Below are positions 36,403 through 44,833 of a stretch of 64,000 nt of DNA, one piece after another. Source of the stretch: Candidatus Saccharimonadales bacterium (GTDB lineage: Bacteria > Patescibacteriota > Saccharimonadia > Saccharimonadales > 2-12-FULL-41-12). Below the pieces are notes generated by a model. That model saw nothing but the letters and a program-made list of their open reading frames with translations. It ran no database searches and was not told the DNA's origin. The DNA is taken from contig JANWLD010000003.1 in the NCBI GenBank assembly GCA_025451045.1, positions 5,690 to 69,689 on the forward strand. The letters are read 5' to 3'. The position numbers and the translations under genes are program-made. Within the stretch, counting starts at the first letter, position 1. Each line of letters starts with the position of its first letter.

Positions 36403-36531
36403 CCCCAACCGGCTCATCTCCCAAGGTGAGCGTTTCGCGCGCGACGTAAGTAATTCTATCGCGTGCTGCACTTGGCCCTCACGGACTCACTTGGTAGACA
36501 ACCCGGTTGAGGTTTAAACCAGAAAGTTCCT

Positions 36532-36606
36532 CGGGTGGCTCTTTTGGAAGGCTTCCGCGGATGAATATCGTGGAAATCCGTGGAATACCAAAAGAGCCAG
36601 GACCCG
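36532..36606 (+). repeat. 75-nt structured palindromic element, copy 1 (candidate ncRNA or REP/MITE-like)
   Basis: CGGGT/ACCCG plus GGCTCTTTTGG/CCAAAAGAGCC outer stems, a 10-bp inner stem TTCCGCGGAT/ATCCGTGGAA, and a 13-nt loop GAATATCGTGGAA. Near-identical to the reverse complement of 44834-44908. Confidence 0.8.
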
Positions 36607-36631
36607 GGGAAGAAGCCTAAAGCCGGTTAGG

Positions 36632-37270
36632 CTAGAACTTCTTAACGGAACTGAACGGGAATATCCGGACTGACAAGGTGCCGACGATATCTTTGGAATC
36701 AATCGGCCCGAAAACCCGCGAGTCGAGCGAATTGGCGCGATTATCACCCATAACGAAGACTTCGCCGGGCTTGACGATATAATCGGTTTCGCCCTTGGTA
36801 AGGTTGACGGTAGCTGATTCGGGCCCGAGTTTATCGGGGTAAAAACCGTCGGGGTTTTCAGCATTATAAATGGTGGTGATGCCGTCTTTTACAACCACCC
36901 GGTCGCCCGGCAGGCCAATGACCCGCTTGATAAGCTGTTTGTTCTTGATTTCGAAATCAACCTGGCCTTCATAGTTGAAAACTACTATTGAATAACGCTT
37001 CGGGATATAGTCATGGCGGATTATCTTTGACCAAGTCTTGCCGGCTTTGACCACTATTAAACGGTCTTTATTATGCAGCGTCTGTTCCATACTTGGCCCG
37101 TCTACTTCATAAGATTGAAAGACGAAAACAGTCAAAAGAATAGCGATTATCGGAGCCAGAATTACTATTGAAAGCGTTGAAAACAGCTCTTTTTTGCCGC
37201 TGTGTTTCTTGCTCTCCGGTTGATGCTCTTCCGGTTCGGGCTTGTCCGTAGCTACGTTTATGCTATCCAT
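36632..37270 (-). CDS. lepB: Signal peptidase I
   Basis: S26 motifs DGPSME and VMGDNRANSLDSR. N-terminal TM. Confidence 0.9.
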   Translation of the reverse strand: MDSINVATDKPEPEEHQPESKKHSGKKELFSTLSIVILAPIIAILLTVFVFQSYEVDGPSMEQTLHNKDRLIVVKAGKTWSKIIRHDYIPKRYSIVVFNYEGQVDFEIKNKQLIKRVIGLPGDRVVVKDGITTIYNAENPDGFYPDKLGPESATVNLTKGETDYIVKPGEVFVMGDNRANSLDSRVFGPIDSKDIVGTLSVRIFPFSSVKKF

Positions 37271-37374
37271 GCAAGCAGTAGCTTATCATAATTTGATATA
37301 AACTTTTGCGTACTACCCCTATGGTCTTGGCATGAAGGGCGTATAAACGATATACTGATTGCTTGTAACCGTAC

Positions 37375-39024
37375 ATGATTGATAAGCAAAATAAAGACCA
37401 CAACCAATCGCGCAGACCTCTTTCGATAGATGGATTTAAGCCAGCTGGCCGAACTAAAAGCACCGGTAGCATAGGCTTTTCGCAAGGGGCTAATAAAAGC
37501 GATAAAAGCCGCCTGCTTGATGATTTTAAACGGAGCGAAGGCTTCGCTTCAGGAACCTTGAGCGGTTCTTCCTCGATAGGCGTACCGCGGCGGCCGCAAT
37601 ACGGATCATCGGAAAACGCCAAACGCCATTATCTGCGCTTTTGGAAGAATAAACGGGGTACAAAGCTTGATAGTTTTGAGAAAAAAACCTGGCGCAAAAA
37701 GCGGCTAAAAATAGCGGCGATAATCTTTTTTATATTGTTCGCCATCTTCGCGTTTTTGGTAGCCAAGGGCTACATTAACCTACACAAGGTATTTTCCGGC
37801 GGCGGCGGCGCGGCGGCATTGGATGAGAATGTAGATCCGTCCAAACTAAGAATCGAAGGCGATGGCCGGGTGAACATCTTGGTAATGGGCAGGGGCGGAT
37901 TGGGCCATGATGGAGCTGATTTGACCGATACGATGATTCTGGTCAGTATCGACCCAGTCGCCAAAGAAGCTGGCCTGGTAAGCATACCGAGGGATCTGTA
38001 TGTGACAGTACCGGGGCAGGGGTCGATGAAGATAAACAGCGTCTTTTATACCGGCAAGGCGATGGTATTGAATCGGACTGCTAAGCGCAACGAGCAAGTC
38101 ACTAAAGAAGCCGAACAATCAGGCTTCAATCTGGTAGATAAAACGGTCGAAGACGTACTGGGCGTACCAGTGCACTACCATGCGATGGTTGATTTCTCCG
38201 GATTTAAAAAGGCGATTGACACGGTAGGCGGTGTGGATATAAACGTGCCGGCCGCCGTTTATGAAAATATGAGGATTGACGGCAAACCCTACACTCTCAA
38301 TGTGAAACCGGGCCGCAAACACTTCGGCGGCTTTGAAGCATTGGCTTATTCCCGTTCACGCCATACTTCCAAGCGCGGTGATTTTGACCGGGCGGAACGC
38401 CAGAGATTAATGATAGTAGCGCTTAAGGAAAAAATCCTCAGTCTGGGCACATTCGCCAATCCGGCAAAACTTTCTTCGCTGATAGACCAGTTCGGCAGCC
38501 ATGTGCAAACTAATTTCTCTACTCAGGACGTTAGCAAGCTTTATGCTCTGGGCAAACAGATTGACAGTTCGAAAGTGAAATCAATAGGACTGGCCGATCC
38601 GCCTAATAATTACGTGACGACAGCTAATATCGGCGGCCTGTCAGTTGTGATACCGACAGCCGGAGTCGGCAATTACAAGGATATCCACTATTACATTAGA
38701 AATACGCTTCGCGATAGTTTTCTCAAGATGGAGAATGCCAAAGTCCTGGTACTGAATGGCACGAACCGTCCGGGACTGGGCAATGATAAAGTTTATGAGC
38801 TGAAATCCTTCGGATATAAAGTACTTAAGGCGGCTAACGCGCCAACCAGGAATTATTCCAAAACCGTAATCGTGGATATGGGCCACGGCGACAAGAAATA
38901 CACGCGTCATTATCTGGAAAACCGGTTTAAAGTACTCTCTACCCGTAACTTGCCTGATGCGGCCATTCAGCCCGCTGAGGCGGATTTTGTTATAATACTT
39001 GGCAATGATATCTCTTCAGGGTGA
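37375..39024 (+). CDS. LytR-CpsA-Psr (LCP) family protein
   Basis: N-terminal TM. LCP core (NILVMG...DTMILVSIDP..., SRSRH...GDFDRAERQR). C-terminal LytR_C-like domain. Confidence 0.8.
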   Translation: MIDKQNKDHNQSRRPLSIDGFKPAGRTKSTGSIGFSQGANKSDKSRLLDDFKRSEGFASGTLSGSSSIGVPRRPQYGSSENAKRHYLRFWKNKRGTKLDSFEKKTWRKKRLKIAAIIFFILFAIFAFLVAKGYINLHKVFSGGGGAAALDENVDPSKLRIEGDGRVNILVMGRGGLGHDGADLTDTMILVSIDPVAKEAGLVSIPRDLYVTVPGQGSMKINSVFYTGKAMVLNRTAKRNEQVTKEAEQSGFNLVDKTVEDVLGVPVHYHAMVDFSGFKKAIDTVGGVDINVPAAVYENMRIDGKPYTLNVKPGRKHFGGFEALAYSRSRHTSKRGDFDRAERQRLMIVALKEKILSLGTFANPAKLSSLIDQFGSHVQTNFSTQDVSKLYALGKQIDSSKVKSIGLADPPNNYVTTANIGGLSVVIPTAGVGNYKDIHYYIRNTLRDSFLKMENAKVLVLNGTNRPGLGNDKVYELKSFGYKVLKAANAPTRNYSKTVIVDMGHGDKKYTRHYLENRFKVLSTRNLPDAAIQPAEADFVIILGNDISSG

Positions 39025-39042
39025 ACAAGGCCAAAGGCCGTC

Positions 39043-39795
39043 ATGGTAAAATTTCTGGTTGATAAAATCCGGCCGGGCAGGGGCTTTGCCCATACTTTTC
39101 ATCTGAGCTTCATTGCTCTTCTGCCGCCGCTGGTTTGGGGTTTGGTGAGGCTTGATTTGACGGGCTTGGCTGTCGCATTGCTACTGCTAAGCAAATGGCG
39201 GATGTTCTCCGTACACCCCCGGCATTGGATAAATCATATCCGCACCAACGCCGTCGACATCATCGTTGGACTGAGCATTTTAGAATTTATAATCCAAAGC
39301 GACAGCGGCCTTTTGCAGGGGCTGTGGGTGTTGGTTTTCGAGGCTTGGCTGCTGTTTATAAAACCCGGCTCGAGCAACCTTTTAGTGACTATTCAGGCTT
39401 TAGCATCCCAAACAATGGGGCTGACTGCTCTTTTTCTGGCCTTTGAAAGGGGCAGTATGGCGTTTTATATCTTGGCAGTCTGGATAATATGCTACTTTTC
39501 CGCTCGGCACTTCCTTGGAATCTTTGAAGAACGGCATGGCAGTCTGATATCTTCCATCTGGGCATTTTTAGCCGCCTGTCTGATGTGGGTACTTAGCCAT
39601 TGGTTGTTATTTTTTGGTCCGATAGCCCAACCGGCGATACTTTTGAGCATAATTGGCACAGGGTTGGCCGGGCTTTACTATCTAGACCAAAGCGATCGGT
39701 TGGCTAGCGGCGTCAAAAAACAGATACTTTTGGCAATGTTTGCGCTTATCTTCATCATCATAATCTTTTCTGACTGGGGCGACAAAGCCGTCTGA
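39043..39795 (+). CDS. Polytopic membrane protein, unknown function
   Basis: 250 aa with about 7 hydrophobic segments. No motif recognised. Confidence 0.6.
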   Translation: MVKFLVDKIRPGRGFAHTFHLSFIALLPPLVWGLVRLDLTGLAVALLLLSKWRMFSVHPRHWINHIRTNAVDIIVGLSILEFIIQSDSGLLQGLWVLVFEAWLLFIKPGSSNLLVTIQALASQTMGLTALFLAFERGSMAFYILAVWIICYFSARHFLGIFEERHGSLISSIWAFLAACLMWVLSHWLLFFGPIAQPAILLSIIGTGLAGLYYLDQSDRLASGVKKQILLAMFALIFIIIIFSDWGDKAV

Positions 39796-39846
39796 CAAAA
39801 AGTATGACGTATAAAGTATGAAGTATGATGCGGTCGAAATACCGCG

Positions 39847-40656
39847 CTATGATTTCTTGAAAAGCTGCACCAAGATATCAGTCTTTTCCAATTTATAATT
39901 AGCTGAACTCGCCAATTTGAGCATAGCGCTGTGTTGGTTTTCTAGCGATTCGGTCAATATAAATCGTGGTTTTTTAGGCAAGCCTTTGATTTGTTTCCAA
40001 AATTCCCGGTAATGATTCAGCCCGTCCTTGCCGGAAAACAGAGCAGTTTTTGGCTCAAAATTTATCTCTTCGGACGTGATTAAATTGTCGGGCACATAAG
40101 GCAAATTAGCCGTAATTAGGTTATAGGTGCTAGGTGCTAGGGTATAGATTGGCTCGAGCAGGCTTCCAGTTAGGAATTTGATGTCAGTTTTGTGAGTTTG
40201 GGCGTTCTTTTGGGCAATTTTTAGGGCTTTTTCATCAATATCGACAGCTGTAACTTCGGCTTGAGACAACTCTAACTTAGCTGTAATGGCTAAACATCCG
40301 GAGCCGGTGCCTACATCCACGATAGTTTTTGGTTTGATTTCTTTTAACAACTCAATAAAGCTTTCTGATTCAGGGCGAGGAATCATTACGTCCGGCGTAA
40401 CTTCAAAAAATCGGCCATAGAACCAGGCTTTGCCGCGGATATAAGCCAAAGGTTCGCGCTTGATCCGTCTTTTTATCTGAGAGTCTAATATTTTTATTTG
40501 CTTGTTTGACAGTTCAAATTCCGGATGAGCATTTACCCAAGAACGGTCTTTTTCCAGCAAATCTTCGATTAATACTAAACCATCCCGCCGCGGTGAATCA
40601 ACGCCGGCATCCGCCAGCTTTTTCATCGATGGAACCAACCACTCAAGAATCGTCAT
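39847..40656 (-). CDS. prmC: Release-factor glutamine methyltransferase PrmC/HemK
   Basis: SAM motif VDVGTGSG. Catalytic tetrapeptide is NLPY in place of NPPY. Overlaps prfA. Confidence 0.85.
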   Translation of the reverse strand: MTILEWLVPSMKKLADAGVDSPRRDGLVLIEDLLEKDRSWVNAHPEFELSNKQIKILDSQIKRRIKREPLAYIRGKAWFYGRFFEVTPDVMIPRPESESFIELLKEIKPKTIVDVGTGSGCLAITAKLELSQAEVTAVDIDEKALKIAQKNAQTHKTDIKFLTGSLLEPIYTLAPSTYNLITANLPYVPDNLITSEEINFEPKTALFSGKDGLNHYREFWKQIKGLPKKPRFILTESLENQHSAMLKLASSANYKLEKTDILVQLFKKS

Positions 40657-41710
40657 TCTGTAGTAAGTTCAATTCTTCTTTTTGGAGGTTTTCTATTAAG
40701 TCGTCGATGTCGCCGTCCATGGCGCCGGGTATGTTGCTGCGCGAATAGCCGATGCGGTGGTCGGTTATCCGGTCCTGAGGGAAGTTATAAGTGCGGATTT
40801 TTTCGCTTCTATCGCCGGAACCGATTAATTTCTTACGGGCATCGGACAGTTCTTTTTGCTCTTCTTCCATCTTTTGAGCAAGCAAACGGGCTCGCAGGAC
40901 ACTCATCGCTTTTTCCTTGTTTTTAATCTGGGATTTTTCGTCTTGGTTGGTTACTACTATTTCGGTCGGTACGTGGGTTATCCTTACGGCTGAGTCAGTG
41001 GTGTTGACGCTCTGGCCGCCGTGCCCGCCGGAACGGAAAACATCTATGCGAAGGTCTGCAGGGTTTATCTCTATATCCGATTCCTCGGCTTCAGGTAGTA
41101 CCGCTACCGTTGCGGTGCTGGTGTGGACTCGGCCTTGTGATTCGGTGGCCGGAATTCTTTGTACGCGGTGGACACCACCCTCAAATTTGAGATTTTTATA
41201 AGCATCTTTCCCGTTGATGGCGACCGTAACTTCTTTGAACCCGCCGACTTCATTGGCGCTTTCACTGATGTGTTCGGTGATGTAACCATGATTTTCGGCC
41301 CAGCGGACGTACATTCTGTAAAGTTCTCCGGCAAAGATACTGGATTCATCACCGCCGGCAGCCGCGCGGATTTCGATTATCACATTGCGTTCGTCTCTCG
41401 GGTCTTTGGGTATAAGCGATTCACTCAGTAGTTTATCGATATCTTCTTTTTTCTGTTTTAGATCCTCAAGTTCACTTTTTGCCAGTTCTGCCAGGTCGGT
41501 GTCACCGGAATCGGCCATGGATTTTGCTTCAGTCAGCTCTTTTTCAATAGAATGTTTTTCGTCAAATAGAGCAATTACTTTGGCCAACTCACCTTGGCGC
41601 CTAGCAAGAGCAGGGTAGTCGCTCCGTCCAAAAACATCAGGATGTTGCAACTCTTGTTCGACAACGGCAAATTCTTCGCGTAATTTTTTCTCCTGATTCT
41701 GCATGACCAT
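40643..41710 (-). CDS. prfA: Peptide chain release factor 1
   Basis: PAT tripeptide, GGQ motif (GGHGGQSVN). The second ATG at 41704 may be the real start, because a TATACT box sits at 41716-41711. Confidence 0.9.
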   Translation of the reverse strand: MVMQNQEKKLREEFAVVEQELQHPDVFGRSDYPALARRQGELAKVIALFDEKHSIEKELTEAKSMADSGDTDLAELAKSELEDLKQKKEDIDKLLSESLIPKDPRDERNVIIEIRAAAGGDESSIFAGELYRMYVRWAENHGYITEHISESANEVGGFKEVTVAINGKDAYKNLKFEGGVHRVQRIPATESQGRVHTSTATVAVLPEAEESDIEINPADLRIDVFRSGGHGGQSVNTTDSAVRITHVPTEIVVTNQDEKSQIKNKEKAMSVLRARLLAQKMEEEQKELSDARKKLIGSGDRSEKIRTYNFPQDRITDHRIGYSRSNIPGAMDGDIDDLIENLQKEELNLLQNDDS

Positions 41711-41770
41711 AGTATATGGTATGAGCTGTTAAGTATGAAGCCGTTGATTAATAAATAGTTAAGATTCAGA

Positions 41771-41779
41771 TGCTAAAAT
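41771..41779 (+). promoter_or_regulatory. Extended -10 element abutting the 41787 start codon
   Basis: TGCTAAAAT. The last base is 8 nt before the ATG. Confidence 0.4.
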
Positions 41780-41786
41780 AAATACT

Positions 41787-42059
41787 ATGAATAGTGATGT
41801 TATTGCCGATTTGAAACAATTTATTACGGCGACTGTTTTTCAAGGCACTACTGATATCCGTGATGAGATTAGGCGGCTGGATCTAAAGATTGACGATCTT
41901 TCTGACTCTGTGCACGAAGATATCAAAAATCTTGATGGAAAAATTGATGATCTGTCAGAGTCGGTTGCGGAAGCAATAAGTACATCAAATGAGGCTACGG
42001 ATTCAAAATTTAAAAATCACGAACATAGAATAACCAAGCTGGAGAAAAAAGCGGTTTAG
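41787..42059 (+). CDS. Hypothetical coiled-coil protein (90 aa)
   Basis: Internal repeat [12 protein letters not shown] / [12 protein letters not shown]. Acidic and helical. Confidence 0.5.
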   Translation: MNSDVIADLKQFITATVFQGTTDIRDEIRRLDLKIDDLSDSVHEDIKNLDGKIDDLSESVAEAISTSNEATDSKFKNHEHRITKLEKKAV

Positions 42060-42382
42060 CCGAGTTTTTGCGGAGCTTCTTTGTTTTTTTCGCTCTTAGG
42101 TTTCTTAGCTTTTGTAGCTGATTTTTCGCGGGCGTCTTGGGCAGCTTTAGTGCGCTTTTTGAATTTATCAACCCGGCCTTCGATGTCCACAAGCTTTTCC
42201 TGACCGGTAAAGAACGGGTGTGAAGCGCTGGAAATGTGAATTTTTACCAAAGGATATTCAACGCCGTCGAGTTTGATAGTTTCCTCGCTGGCGGCGGTCG
42301 AGCGCGTCAAAAAGTTAGTTCCATTGGAAATATCTTGGAATACCACTGGCCTGTAGTTGTCGGCGTGAATATCCTTTTTCAT
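42056..42382 (-). CDS. rpmE: 50S ribosomal protein L31, Cys-less (type B-like)
   Basis: [17 protein letters not shown]...[11 protein letters not shown]. The start is taken at the conserved MKK (42382), because the TTGACC-17-TATAAT promoter overlaps the longer ORF. Confidence 0.85.
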   Translation of the reverse strand: MKKDIHADNYRPVVFQDISNGTNFLTRSTAASEETIKLDGVEYPLVKIHISSASHPFFTGQEKLVDIEGRVDKFKKRTKAAQDAREKSATKAKKPKSEKNKEAPQKLG

Positions 42383-42391
42383 AGAAACTGT

Positions 42392-42420
42392 ATTATACAC
42401 ATCTGTTAGCCAGAGGTCAA
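42392..42420 (-). promoter_or_regulatory. Near-consensus sigma70 promoter for rpmE (leaderless-type)
   Basis: Minus strand TTGACC-17 nt-TATAAT. The last -10 base is 10 nt before the ATG. Confidence 0.55.
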
Positions 42421-42530
42421 CTATCTAGTTTCACCGCTACTTCGTAGCTTCCGCGACCTACTTTTTTCCTCCAGCCGCAAAAAGTAGGCAAAAAAGGCCG
42501 CCCCAGGACAGAAAAAGCTTACTCGGCCTA

Positions 42531-42565
42531 GATACCAGGTTGGTTCGTGAAGCAAAAAACTCCCT
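42531..42565. repeat. Left arm of a perfect 35-bp inverted repeat
   Basis: GATACCAGGTTGGTTCGTGAAGCAAAAAACTCCCT. Its exact reverse complement is at 42833-42867. Confidence 0.95.
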
Positions 42566-42762
42566 CCGGTCGGTCCTGTTAGTTACTTCCAAAGAGTAAC
42601 AGGACTAGCTTTTGCTGAAACCATTCGCTCATACCTGATTAGCCGAATCAGTTTTCCCTAAGGGGGAGCATGCCCTTAGGGCATGCTTTAAGAACCCAAA
42701 TAACCTCAAGCGAGGTTATTTTCTGCTTGTTCCCAGCATTTGCAAAACCGATTGGCGGCAAT

Positions 42763-42790
42763 CAGGTTGGTTCGAGTCATTGAAGCAAAA
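42763..42790. repeat. Degenerate third copy of the repeat arm (same orientation as the left arm)
   Basis: CAGGTTGGTTCG-AGTCAT-TGAAGCAAAA. It equals the left-arm core with a 6-nt insertion. Confidence 0.8.
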
Positions 42791-42832
42791 CTAACCCAGC
42801 CCTTCCTTAAAATCATAGGGCTGGGCGACCAA

Positions 42833-42867
42833 AGGGAGTTTTTTGCTTCACGAACCAACCTGGTATC
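42833..42867. repeat. Right arm of the perfect 35-bp inverted repeat
   Basis: AGGGAGTTTTTTGCTTCACGAACCAACCTGGTATC. Confidence 0.95.
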
Positions 42868-43090
42868 TGCCGGCAGTAGTGTTTGGCAACCTGCTGTCGC
42901 TTTTTTGCCCCTCGTTTTTGGCGATTCAAAAATGAGGGAATTTGCTTCTTGGTTACAAGAAGATGTGGACATTGGTCAACAGATGTAGTAAGCTGACTAG
43001 ACATAAATTAAGCAGGTTAAGAGGTTTTTCCTCCGATTGAAGCATCGCTTGAAGCTCAATACGGCACTCTGACCGAAGAGGAAGGAAAAT

Positions 43091-43804
43091 ATGACGAACG
43101 TAGATATTAAGAAATTGCTTGAAGCTGGCACGCATTTCGGGCACAAGACCAGCCGCTGGCATCCGAAGATGTCGCCGTACATCCATAGCAAAAAGAACGG
43201 CAGCCATATAATCGATTTGACGATGACGGTCGAGAAGTTGGACGAGGCTCTATATTTTATTGAAAAAACCGCCGCCGCGGGCAAACAAGTGTTGCTAGTC
43301 GGAACCAAGCGCCAAGCCAAGGGCATCATCAAAAAAGCCGCCGAGGATACAGGCATGCCTTATGTCTACGAACGCTGGATTGGCGGTATGCTAACGAATT
43401 CTAACACGATGAATAATCGAGTTAAGCACCTGAAAGATCTTGAACAAAAAATGGATTCCGGCGCGCTGGAAGCAAAGTACAACAAGCTGGAAGTCCAAAG
43501 ATATCAGGAAGAAATAGACGGTATGAATTTCTTATACGGCGGAATCAAATTCATGGCTAACCGGCCGGGCGCTGTTTTTATAACCGATGTGATTAATGAT
43601 TCCAATGCTGTCCGCGAAGCCCAGAAACTAGGAATTCCGATAGTCGCGATAGTTGATACCAACGCCGACCCAAGCGGTATAAATTACCCAATCCCAGCTA
43701 ATGACGACGCTATCAAATCGATACAGCTGATTACCGAATACGTAGTTCAAGCCATCAACGCCGGCAAAACCAAAGTTAAAAAAACGGAAAAGACCGGGGA
43801 GTAG
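43091..43804 (+). CDS. rpsB: 30S ribosomal protein S2
   Basis: LLEAGTHFGHKTSRWHPKM..., a typical S2. Confidence 0.95.
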   Translation: MTNVDIKKLLEAGTHFGHKTSRWHPKMSPYIHSKKNGSHIIDLTMTVEKLDEALYFIEKTAAAGKQVLLVGTKRQAKGIIKKAAEDTGMPYVYERWIGGMLTNSNTMNNRVKHLKDLEQKMDSGALEAKYNKLEVQRYQEEIDGMNFLYGGIKFMANRPGAVFITDVINDSNAVREAQKLGIPIVAIVDTNADPSGINYPIPANDDAIKSIQLITEYVVQAINAGKTKVKKTEKTGE

Positions 43805-43807
43805 TAA

Positions 43808-44263
43808 GTGGACATCAAGCAGATAAAAAGACTTCGTGAACTGACTGGCGTAGGCATAACCGACGCCAAAAAGGCACTGGAAGAAGCCAAGGGTGATTTT
43901 GACAAAGCGCTTGAGCAAATGCGCAAGAAAGGGCTGACCAAAGCTGAAAAGCGTGGTGAGCGCGAAGCCCGCGCCGGCATAGTCGGGACTTATAACCACG
44001 ACGGACGCATTGGCGTAGTAGTCGAAGTCAATTGCGAAACTGATTTCGTCGCTAGGAACGAGATTTTCACTGATTTGGTAAAGGATATTTCTATGCATAT
44101 AGCCGCCAGCGAGCCAGACAATGTGGCTGAATTACTGAAACAGCCTTACGTAAAAAATCCGGACCAGACCGTAGATCTTTATATTAAGGAAAATATCGCC
44201 AAACTGGGCGAAAATATCGTAGTTAAGCGTTTCAGCCGAATCGCGCTCGGCGAATTAGGATAA
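43808..44263 (+). CDS. tsf: Elongation factor Ts (short, 151 aa)
   Basis: N-terminal UBA-like IKRLRELTGVGITDAKKALEE. GTG start. Confidence 0.85.
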   Translation: MDIKQIKRLRELTGVGITDAKKALEEAKGDFDKALEQMRKKGLTKAEKRGEREARAGIVGTYNHDGRIGVVVEVNCETDFVARNEIFTDLVKDISMHIAASEPDNVAELLKQPYVKNPDQTVDLYIKENIAKLGENIVVKRFSRIALGELG

Positions 44264-44267
44264 GTTT

Positions 44268-44828
44268 ATGGAAAACCAAGCTACCTCTAAACTGAACGCG
44301 GGCATAGACAAAGCCGTAACTTATTTTGAGGACGAGCTGAAGAAAATGCGCACTGGCCGCGCCCATCCCGGCATGTTGGACGGAATAAAGGCCGAAGCTT
44401 ACGGGCAGGAAATGCCGCTTATCCAACTGGCGACTATAAGCGCGCCGGAACCGCAGTTGCTACAAATAACGCCATTTGACCCGAGCAACTTGCAAGCCAT
44501 AACAGCAGCTATACGAGATAACCAGGCGCTGGGGATGAACCCGATGGATGACGGGCATGTCGTAAGAGTACCGATTCCGCCGCTGACTGAGGAAAGACGC
44601 CGCCAAATTGCCAAACAGCTGGGCGAAAAAGTTGAAGACTGCATGATAAGCATGCGTGGCGCGCGTCATGAAGCGATGAAAGACCTGGAACAAGCCAAAA
44701 AAGATAAAGATATCAGCGAAGATGAGTTTAAGCGCACAATAAAGCAAATTGACGAGATAATGGCCAAAACGAAGGCTGACGTCGATGCCAAGGCTAAAGC
44801 CAAAGAAAAAGACATTATGTCTGTTTAG
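44268..44828 (+). CDS. frr: Ribosome recycling factor
   Basis: 186 aa, typical RRF (RTGRAHPGMLDGIKAEAYG..., VRVPIPPLTEERR). Confidence 0.9.
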   Translation: MENQATSKLNAGIDKAVTYFEDELKKMRTGRAHPGMLDGIKAEAYGQEMPLIQLATISAPEPQLLQITPFDPSNLQAITAAIRDNQALGMNPMDDGHVVRVPIPPLTEERRRQIAKQLGEKVEDCMISMRGARHEAMKDLEQAKKDKDISEDEFKRTIKQIDEIMAKTKADVDAKAKAKEKDIMSV

Positions 44829-44833
44829 TTTTT

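Noticed and set aside
36597-36620. SRP-RNA-like string CCAGGACCCGGGGAAGAAGCC
   Set aside because: It superficially resembles the 4.5S domain IV sequence, but the flanks cannot form the helix 8 symmetric/asymmetric loops. The string is absent from the second copy of the repeat.
42763-42785. tRNA/tmRNA T-arm-like GGTTCGAGTC
   Set aside because: Flanking bases cannot form a T stem or acceptor stem. No tRNA cloverleaf or tmRNA termini (GGGG...CCACCA) are nearby.
42401-43090. RNase P RNA, 6S RNA or oriC in the 690-nt gap
   Set aside because: None of the RNase P conserved strings is present (GAGGAAAGTCC, ACAGAA..CGGCTTA). A perfect 35-bp duplex is unlike 6S. Only one weak DnaA-box-like 9-mer (TGTGGACAT) was seen.
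42706-43356. ORFs 42706-42972 (-), 42740-42988 (+), 42813-43004 (-), 42953-43207 (-), 42997-43356 (-)
   Set aside because: They lie across the inverted-repeat/hairpin region or antisense to rpsB. They have no SD, no homology signal, and arms of the perfect IR would be translated in both.
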